Positions 29,051 through 35,513 of a DNA stretch of 64,000 bases are shown here, one piece after another. The notes below the pieces were generated by a model, which worked only from the letters and a program-made list of their open reading frames with translations, made no database searches and was not told the origin of the DNA. The stretch spans positions 5,145-69,144 of the forward strand of contig CAVKYE010000006.1 of the NCBI GenBank assembly GCA_963660615.1, given 5' to 3'. Each line of letters begins with the position of its first letter. The stretch's first letter is position 1. A program made the position numbers and the translations under genes. The DNA is from Vescimonas coprocola. GTDB taxonomy: Bacteria > Bacillota_I > Bacilli_A > RF39 > UBA660.

Positions 29051-30793
29051 TTAATTTGAGTTAACTTCTTTAACAATACCAAATACAGTATTAAGTTTTT
29101 CCTCAAACATTCTAATTTGCTCTGCTTGTTCAGCATTTAACATCTCAAGTTCAGAAATTTTATTATTTTGATTATCAATTACCCTTTGTAAATCATTATT
29201 TTTATTTATCAACTCTGAAATTTCAGATTCACGTTCCCTAATAGTTTGAGTTAAATTATCATTCAACCTTGACGTTTGAATTTTTTCTACCCTATCAACC
29301 TCAGCCTGTTTGAAAGAAGCATCGTAAACCTTATTTAATTCTTTAACATTCCTATCATACTCTGCAGATATCTCATTAAGTTTTTTAGTAAAATCCTTTC
29401 CAAGAGTAACTACCTTTTTCTTTAACTTATCACTCTCATTTGCAATCTTATTATATTGAGTTGCCCTCTTAGAATAGAAAGATCTTTCAGTAGGAAATGC
29501 CTTCATTTTCTTAAGAGATTCAAGTTCAAAAGGAGTTAATGCTTCGCGTTTAAAATGTTTTTGTCCAAAAGCAAACGTATAATCAGCATAATCCTTAAAT
29601 AAAGTTAAATTTTTCAAATCCCTGTCAGTTTCATCAATTTCTTCATCAGGAATAATATCATTAGTTTCATAAACATCATTTTTAACATTTTCAGATATGA
29701 AAGGACTAATAGCCTCATAACTTGGTAAAGAATTCACCATATCATTATGAACTCTAGTTTCAATTTCTTCTTTAGACTCTTCAATCTCAGGAATTTCACT
29801 CAACTCAACATTTTGTAAACCTTCCCAGATAGCATCAGCATCTTCCTCAGAAATTGGCTCTTCTATATTTTCAAATTCCTTTTCATCATTATCGTCTTCC
29901 TCTTCAAATGACGTAATTACCGGAGTTTCTATCTCAATAGGTGTAACCTCGTCAGCATCACTCAAAGTAGCCATTTCATTTTCCATATCACCATCGACAA
30001 CTGGATTAACATCATTATCATCAGAAATCTCTTCAAAATTATTTTCATCAAAAGTATTAGGAGCAGCATTTATAGTTTCCTCTGAATCACTAAAATCACC
30101 ATCTAATTCGGCAGATAAATCCGCACCTTCCGAAACAGCATTTCCTTTATCATCTTCATTTACAGTAGTTTCAAATTCATCATTGAACTCATTTATCATT
30201 TCAGATGAATCATCAACAGTTTCAACTGGATTAATTTCTGCAGTTTCAACTGGATTAATTTCAGTAGTTTCAATCGGATTAATTTTAGTAGTTTCAACCG
30301 GATTAATTTCAGTAGTTTCAGAATTAATCACATCGGTATTTGCTAAATCATCTTCATTCGAAAAATCATCAGAATTAACCTCTTCAGTAGTATTATCACT
30401 TTCAAATTCATCTACCAAACTATTAGAATTCATTTCTTCAACGCTTTTAATAATTATTCCTTCACTTAACGGTTTATTTTGTTTATTAGTCATTTCATCA
30501 ATTTTTGATTGAGTATTTTCTATATCTTTATTTATTTTATCAATTTCTTTTTGTAAAGGTTTCACTTGTTTAGAAGCTTCCTTAACTTCCCTTTTGTCTT
30601 CAGAAGCCATCTTTGTTTCTAATTCAGACATTTCTTTAGTCTTATCTTCTAACAAAATTTTATTTGAATTTACCTCTTGAACTAAAGTCTTAATTTCTTT
30701 ACCTCTATTATTATAATCATTTAATTCCTTGCGCATTTGTTCAGTAATTTTTACTGCTTTACTTCCGCCATATGTTATAACTAGTCCGTCCAT
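29051..30793 (-). CDS. Acidic coiled-coil protein with an internal 8-aa tandem repeat (hypothetical)
   Basis: 580 aa. Coiled-coil N- and C-terminal thirds, a very acidic centre, and repeats ETTEINPV/ETTKINPI. A terminator AAGCAACA-ttttt-GTTGCTT-T7 follows. Confidence 0.55.
   Translation of the reverse strand: MDGLVITYGGSKAVKITEQMRKELNDYNNRGKEIKTLVQEVNSNKILLEDKTKEMSELETKMASEDKREVKEASKQVKPLQKEIDKINKDIENTQSKIDEMTNKQNKPLSEGIIIKSVEEMNSNSLVDEFESDNTTEEVNSDDFSNEDDLANTDVINSETTEINPVETTKINPIETTEINPVETAEINPVETVDDSSEMINEFNDEFETTVNEDDKGNAVSEGADLSAELDGDFSDSEETINAAPNTFDENNFEEISDDNDVNPVVDGDMENEMATLSDADEVTPIEIETPVITSFEEEDDNDEKEFENIEEPISEEDADAIWEGLQNVELSEIPEIEESKEEIETRVHNDMVNSLPSYEAISPFISENVKNDVYETNDIIPDEEIDETDRDLKNLTLFKDYADYTFAFGQKHFKREALTPFELESLKKMKAFPTERSFYSKRATQYNKIANESDKLKKKVVTLGKDFTKKLNEISAEYDRNVKELNKVYDASFKQAEVDRVEKIQTSRLNDNLTQTIRERESEISELINKNNDLQRVIDNQNNKISELEMLNAEQAEQIRMFEEKLNTVFGIVKEVNSN
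30217..30325 (-). repeat. In-frame 24-bp tandem repeat, about 4.5 copies
   Basis: cagtttcaactggattaatttctg / ...ttcag / tagtttcaatcggattaattttag / tagtttcaaccggattaatttcag / partial copy. Encodes (E-T-T/A-E/K-I-N-P-V/I)n. Confidence 0.85.
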
Positions 30794-30796
30794 TTT

Positions 30797-31063
30797 TTAT
30801 TCCTCTTCATTCCTTATAATTTCTCTCATTATTTCCTTTACAATATCCCAATCATCGGTAGGCATAGTTTCCAATTTATATCCATCCTCTGTTTTATTTA
30901 AAATTGATGCATGAATTGTTTCCATTTTTTGACTATCTTTTTCATCAAATGTATAAAGTATATAATCATTTTTAGTTTTGTCTAAACTAAAATATAACAA
31001 TACTTCAGCATCTAACTGCTCACCATTTTCGTTTAAAACCTTAATTTTATTTGTTTCATTCAT
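30797..31063 (-). CDS. DUF1292-family small protein (recollection)
   Basis: 88 aa. ENGEQLDAEVLLYFSL....DYILYT pattern with an acidic C-terminus. TTGTCA-17-TGcTATAAT promoter upstream. Confidence 0.6.
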   Translation of the reverse strand: MNETNKIKVLNENGEQLDAEVLLYFSLDKTKNDYILYTFDEKDSQKMETIHASILNKTEDGYKLETMPTDDWDIVKEIMREIIRNEEE

Positions 31064-31172
31064 TCTATAGCCCCTCCTATTCTGAAAACAATTATAGCAT
31101 AATTGTAAAGTTGTGACAACTATTTTTCAAAAATTTACACAAAAAAAACAGTTATTTTATTCTAACTATTTT

Positions 31173-31610
31173 TTAATTAAGTCTTGCTTTTATAAGCTTA
31201 CTTATTTCCCCCATATCATACTTTCCTTTAACCTTAGGACTTATTTCCTTCATTAATTTTCCCATATCTTTTATGCTCTCTGGATTTATAGTATCAAACG
31301 CAGAATCAATTATCTTATCAACCTCTTCCTTACTTAATGGTTCTGGAAGGTATTTCTTTAATATCTCTATTTCATCTTGAGTCTTTGTAATCAAATCCTC
31401 CCTAGCAGCCTTCTCAAACTCAGCTATAGATTCTTTCCTTGTTTTAATCTGTTTAGAAATTATTGCAATAACCTCATCATCACTAAGTTCATGTTTTACA
31501 TTTAACTCCTCCATCTGAATAGCCGCCTTAACCATTCTAATAACTGATAAAGTCTCTTTATCCCTAGATTTCATAGCCGCTTTTAAATCTTCTAATATTT
31601 GTTCTCTCAT
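31173..31610 (-). CDS. yqeY: GatB/YqeY domain protein
   Basis: LKAAMKSRDKETLSVIRMVKAAI... is typical of YqeY. Sits directly after rpsU, as in Bacillus. Confidence 0.85.
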   Translation of the reverse strand: MREQILEDLKAAMKSRDKETLSVIRMVKAAIQMEELNVKHELSDDEVIAIISKQIKTRKESIAEFEKAAREDLITKTQDEIEILKKYLPEPLSKEEVDKIIDSAFDTINPESIKDMGKLMKEISPKVKGKYDMGEISKLIKARLN

Positions 31611-31645
31611 ACATTTTCCTCCTTTAGAAAAAAGCCCAAACAGGC

Positions 31646-31846
31646 TTAATATCTTTCTCTTCTAGCATTTCTTTCTCGTCTTTGAGCATTCTTACGTCCT
31701 TGCTCTTTAGCAAGTCTATTTTTTACGCCTTTTTTTAAATATCCTTGTTGACGTTCTTTTAGTTTACGACGGGAGCCATCTTTATCTACTTTTAAACTTC
31801 TAAGTGCACCTTCAACATTGCCATTACGTACTACTACTTTTGTCAT
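31646..31846 (-). CDS. rpsU: 30S ribosomal protein S21
   Basis: 66-aa basic protein, MTKVVVRNGNVEGALRSLK... with an Arg/Lys-rich tail. TTGAAA-17-TGcTATAAT promoter upstream. Confidence 0.85.
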   Translation of the reverse strand: MTKVVVRNGNVEGALRSLKVDKDGSRRKLKERQQGYLKKGVKNRLAKEQGRKNAQRRERNARRERY

Positions 31847-31916
31847 AAAAATCCCTCCCTTCTTGAACTATGCTTATTATAGCACCCTTTTTTTTATTTT
31901 TCAACCGAAAATACAG

Positions 31917-31944
31917 AAAAAAAACGAGATTTCCTCGCTTTTTT
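31917..31944 (-). terminator. Rho-independent terminator closing the exporter/peptide operon
   Basis: Minus strand: AAAAAGCGAG-gaaat-CTCGTTTTTTTT, right after the double stop TAATAA of peptide 2. Confidence 0.65.
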
Positions 31945-31945
31945 A

Positions 31946-32107
31946 TTAAAGTGGACATAATTTACCAGATGTAATTCGGCGAATAGCACTACCAATAGCC
32001 TTACCAAAATCAAGAAAAGTATCAATGCTTCTTGAAATAGCATTAACCATAGTTGTAGTAAGCCCTCCACCTCTTATTTTCAATAGTTCCTCTTTACTTA
32101 ACAGCAT
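31946..32107 (-). CDS. Double-glycine-leader peptide 2 (53 aa), bacteriocin-like. Not in the ORF track.
   Basis: Hand translation: MLLSKEELLKIRGG|GLTTTMVNAISRSIDTFLDFGKAIGSAIRRITSGKLCPL. Leader matches LSxxELxxIxGG, with a GxxxG motif (GKAIG). The ATG lies 11 nt before the stop of peptide 1. Confidence 0.6.
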   Translation of the reverse strand: MLLSKEELLKIRGGGLTTTMVNAISRSIDTFLDFGKAIGSAIRRITSGKLCPL

Positions 32108-32240
32108 TACTACACTTAATCGGATTTACATATCCATCAATTATGCCCGCAATAAAAGTTACAATAGCACCAATACCAGCTACCAAACTTATATTTATTC
32201 CCCCACCTTTTATTTCTAACAACTCTTCTTTACTTAACAT
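32094..32240 (-). CDS. Double-glycine-leader peptide 1 (48 aa), bacteriocin-like. Not in the ORF track.
   Basis: Hand translation: MLSKEELLEIKGG|GINISLVAGIGAIVTFIAGIIDGYVNPIKCSNAVK. Strong RBS AGGAGG. The ATG overlaps the exporter stop (ATGTTAA). GxxxG motif (GIIDG). Confidence 0.65.
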   Translation of the reverse strand: MLSKEELLEIKGGGINISLVAGIGAIVTFIAGIIDGYVNPIKCSNAVK

Positions 32241-34258
32241 ATTTCCTCCTTTTTAACAATTCTTCCATTATCAAACACTATATGACTATCAAACAAATCT
32301 TTATTTTCTAATCTATGAGATATGAATATCACAGTTTTGTTTTCACAATATTTCAAAAGACTTTTTAAAATACCCCTTTCAGACGCTATATCCAAAGCAC
32401 TCAAAGCCTCATCAATTATTAAAATATCAAAATCCTGTAAAGCCCTAGCCAAAGCAATCTTTTGCCTTTGACCATATGATAAGTTTAAACCATTTTCCTC
32501 AATTAAAGCATTATAGTTCAAAACACCCTCATCAATCCATGAAGTTTGACATATTTTTTTTACTTGTTTTAAATTTTTGTTTCCCTTTATTTTTAAATTA
32601 TAATTGACAGTTCCAGTGAATAAACTCTCATTTAAAGAAACATAATTTATCCTTAAATTCATACCCCTAATATCAACATTATCTACATATATTCCTCCTT
32701 TATAACCATCATAATATCCTTTTAACAACTTCATCAAAGTACTTTTTCCGCTACCACTTTTTCCCGTTATAAACACCTTTTCATTTTGCTTTATCTCTAA
32801 ATTTACATTGTCCAAAACATTTTTAACATCATCAAAACTATAACTTACATTTTTAAAAACAATATCACCATGTTTATATCCTCCCTTCTTTTTACTAAAA
32901 GAAACACTTATCAATTCCAAAACTTTTCTTATTGTAATAGAACTTTCCTTTAAAGTAGCATCCAAATCAATTATATTTCTTAAAGGATTCAAATATAATG
33001 ATATCAACAATATATATGTTATTAACGCCTCTACAGAAATAAAACCATAACGTACCAACATAACACCAACCATAAATATCAAAATATTTCCAATCATACT
33101 TATAAAATTCTTAAAAAAAGTTTGTCCATTTATCTTTTTGACCAAAATTAAAGCGTTCTTCATATACTGATTATTTGCCTCTATAATTTGATTAATCATC
33201 TTATCTTCAATATTTAAACCCTTTATAGTCTCAAACCCTCTAATACTTTCTTCAAGCTTAGAGGCAAGCAAAATCTTTGACTCCAAAGAAGCATCAAGAC
33301 ACCTTTTCAAAGGCTTATTATAAACCAAAATGATTATCACATAAAATATTACAATAACCTGAACAATAAGAAAAAGCGTTTTATTCAAAAGAAATAAAAT
33401 AATTCCCGTTATCAAAGATAAAGGAAAATCTATAAGTACAGTTAAAAGGACCTTACTAACCATTTCTTTAACAATCTTCAAATCGTCAACCTTACTTAAA
33501 ATTTCACCGGAAGTATGGTTATGGTAGTAATTGTAAGGAAGTAAAATTATCTTTTTAACACTATCCAAAGTAATACTAGCTTCTATCTTAAAAGAAAGAA
33601 AAAGCGCCATTTTACCTCTTATATAATCAAAAATAATACTTATAAAATAACTAAACGCGAAAATAAAACACAAAAATATCTCTTTATACTTATTAGTTTT
33701 TAAATTTTCCAAAAGACTCTGGAAGAAAAAAGAACTAAAAATCGTCGACAAAGTTATAACACACGATAAAACAAATAATTTTAATATAATTTTTTTATGG
33801 GGTTTTATTATATTTTTTAAAACTTTTAGGGAGACCTTTTCATACCTTGGAATCTGTTTTACCGGATGCATAACAATCTTTATATTTGTCCATATTTTCA
33901 AAAACTCCTGCCTATCTTGCTTTTTAATTCCACAAGCTGGATCAGCCACTAAGACATACCTTTCAGTAACTTCATAAACAACTAGAAAATGATTGTAGGA
34001 GTTTATTTGAACGTTTGCTATAAAAGGCACACGTGTATTTTCTAATTGCTTTACTCTAAAACCCTTAGCCTCAAATCCAATCTGTTTTAAAGCCTCTATA
34101 ATATGATAAGCCGTAGTTCCATTTTTAGTTGTTTTAAGCATCTCACTTATTTTTTCCAAAGGAATATAGCCCTTATAATACTTTATTATCATACTCAAAG
34201 AAGCCGCACCACAGTCTTTTAAATTTTCTTGTCTCGTAAAAGGATAACGTTTAAGCAT
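32234..34258 (-). CDS. Peptidase C39 domain-containing ABC transporter (double-glycine peptide exporter/maturation protease)
   Basis: The N-terminal C39 catalytic set is present: QENLKDCGAASL (Gln/Cys), NHFLVV (His), ADP (Asp). Six-TM domain. Walker A GKSGSGKST, signature LSYGQRQ, Walker B LIIDEALS. Confidence 0.9.
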   Translation of the reverse strand: MLKRYPFTRQENLKDCGAASLSMIIKYYKGYIPLEKISEMLKTTKNGTTAYHIIEALKQIGFEAKGFRVKQLENTRVPFIANVQINSYNHFLVVYEVTERYVLVADPACGIKKQDRQEFLKIWTNIKIVMHPVKQIPRYEKVSLKVLKNIIKPHKKIILKLFVLSCVITLSTIFSSFFFQSLLENLKTNKYKEIFLCFIFAFSYFISIIFDYIRGKMALFLSFKIEASITLDSVKKIILLPYNYYHNHTSGEILSKVDDLKIVKEMVSKVLLTVLIDFPLSLITGIILFLLNKTLFLIVQVIVIFYVIIILVYNKPLKRCLDASLESKILLASKLEESIRGFETIKGLNIEDKMINQIIEANNQYMKNALILVKKINGQTFFKNFISMIGNILIFMVGVMLVRYGFISVEALITYILLISLYLNPLRNIIDLDATLKESSITIRKVLELISVSFSKKKGGYKHGDIVFKNVSYSFDDVKNVLDNVNLEIKQNEKVFITGKSGSGKSTLMKLLKGYYDGYKGGIYVDNVDIRGMNLRINYVSLNESLFTGTVNYNLKIKGNKNLKQVKKICQTSWIDEGVLNYNALIEENGLNLSYGQRQKIALARALQDFDILIIDEALSALDIASERGILKSLLKYCENKTVIFISHRLENKDLFDSHIVFDNGRIVKKEEIC

Positions 34259-34275
34259 ATCTTACCTCCTCATTA

Positions 34276-34325
34276 TTATGGTACGATAAAACTTTTAAAT
34301 TTCCTTTTTTTAAAGCAAAAAAAAA
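34276..34325 (-). repeat. Conserved upstream element, copy B (about 50 nt)
   Basis: The plus-strand sequence ttatggtacgataaaacttttaaatttcctttttttaaagcaaaaaaaaa fills the whole rsmD-exporter intergenic gap and lies 17 nt from the exporter ATG. It contains the near-palindrome TTATgGTACgATAA. Confidence 0.7.
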
Positions 34326-34847
34326 TCATTTTTTAAAGATTTTTATAAATTTATTTCCATAACGTTTCTCTTTTACAAGTTCATAAATAGTCTCAGGCTC
34401 CTCACCTTCATATTCACAAACAATTATACCACCATCATTTAAAATATCAATCTCCTCAATTTTTTTAATCGCCTTATTAAGCACCTTCGCCTTATAAGGC
34501 GGATCCAAAAAAATTATATCAAACCTAGAAACAGTTTCCTTCAAATACCTTTTATAATCCATATTAATAATCGTAATATTCTCTTTAACATTTTCCACAT
34601 TTCTATTTAAAACTCTTATTACCTTTGGATTATTATCTACAAAAGTACACGCCTTAGCCCCCATAGATAAAGCCTCAAGCCCTAAAGAACCACTACCAGC
34701 AAATAAATCCAAACACTCACTTCCTTCTATCCTATTTTGAATAATTGCAAAAACAGATTCCCTAACCCTATCCATAGTTGGCCTCGTCCCGTCAATATCA
34801 AATCCCTCTAATTTCTTTCCTTTATATTTTCCGCTTATAATCCTCAT
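34326..34847 (-). CDS. rsmD: 16S rRNA (guanine966-N2)-methyltransferase RsmD
   Basis: MRIISGKYKGKKL...RPTMDRVRESVF...LDLFAGSGSLGLEALS...DPPY. Start taken at 34847. Confidence 0.85.
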   Translation of the reverse strand: MRIISGKYKGKKLEGFDIDGTRPTMDRVRESVFAIIQNRIEGSECLDLFAGSGSLGLEALSMGAKACTFVDNNPKVIRVLNRNVENVKENITIINMDYKRYLKETVSRFDIIFLDPPYKAKVLNKAIKKIEEIDILNDGGIIVCEYEGEEPETIYELVKEKRYGNKFIKIFKK

Positions 34848-34888
34848 ACATTTACCTCTTTCCACCACTAGTATAACATCTAAAAGAA

Positions 34889-35110
34889 TTATTTCAAAGT
34901 ATTTATAATCTTTTCCGCCATTTCAATAGCATTCAAAGCTTTCTCTAATTTATCTATGCCCCTAAGATTATAATCCTCCTTAGCTTTTTTAATAAAAGAA
35001 TTTAAATTATTTGGATTACGATTTAAATACTTATACCAATACGAATTTTCCCTTAAATACCTTAGATAGTCTTCATTTTCCTTTATCTTAAATTGTAACT
35101 CAATACTCAT
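34889..35110 (-). CDS. ylbE: YlbE-like small protein
   Basis: 73 aa. LRYLRENSYWYKYLNRNP resembles B. subtilis YlbE (LKQFLREQPIWYRKLSRNP, from memory). ylbD-ylbE-...-rsmD synteny. Confidence 0.55.
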   Translation of the reverse strand: MSIELQFKIKENEDYLRYLRENSYWYKYLNRNPNNLNSFIKKAKEDYNLRGIDKLEKALNAIEMAEKIINTLK

Positions 35111-35454
35111 TAATCATCAAAATGCTTATATAAAGGCCTTGGCCTTTTTAAAGAAGATACTTCTGGCTTAATAGACATATCCTGAAGAAGTCCCAAAACC
35201 CGTTGAAGACTATTTACACCTTCCTGAATACTATCTAAGTCTAACCCCTTTAAAAAACTCACAAAATCAAAAGAAGAACCAGCATCCACCTTAACAGAAT
35301 CCGCTTTCAAATAATCCTTCCACGCCGTATCATCATCACCATATAAATCATATATTTCAAAAAACTGTTGCCATGTTCCTTTCCCTTCCTTAACCCTTTT
35401 CAAAAGAATAGGATTTTTTCTCACAAAATCTTTAAAATTTTCCTTCGTATTCAT
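35110..35454 (-). CDS. ylbD: YlbD-like protein
   Basis: FKDFVRKNPILLKRVKEGKGTWQQFFEIYDLYGDDD resembles YlbD (FKEFVKKHPKMIKEVRNGNKTWQELYEDWYLLGEED, from memory). Confidence 0.55.
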   Translation of the reverse strand: MNTKENFKDFVRKNPILLKRVKEGKGTWQQFFEIYDLYGDDDTAWKDYLKADSVKVDAGSSFDFVSFLKGLDLDSIQEGVNSLQRVLGLLQDMSIKPEVSSLKRPRPLYKHFDD

Positions 35455-35513
35455 GAAATCACCTATTTTAATATATTCATTTTCTAAAAAAAATAGACTA
35501 AAAAAGATAGAAA

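Noticed and set aside
28990-29136. N-terminal 49-aa extension of the NfeD ORF. Analogous extensions occur at 50111-50182 (prsA), 54795-54884 (ssb), 24901-24963 (argS), 26256-26321 (msrAB) and 48590-48613 (mraZ).
   Set aside because: In each case the internal ATG has a good Shine-Dalgarno and yields the canonical family N-terminus. The extensions overlap neighbouring genes, leaders or operators.
30217-30325. Regularly spaced 24-bp repeats, considered as a possible CRISPR array
   Set aside because: The repeats are contiguous with no spacers, in frame, and inside a long ORF, where they translate to an 8-aa protein repeat. No cas genes are present.
32025-32219. 64-aa plus-strand ORF, the only ORF-track entry in the peptide locus
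   Set aside because: It is antisense to the two GG-leader peptide genes. It has no RBS and a low-complexity Ser/Asn/Tyr-rich product. The minus-strand reading explains the region far better.
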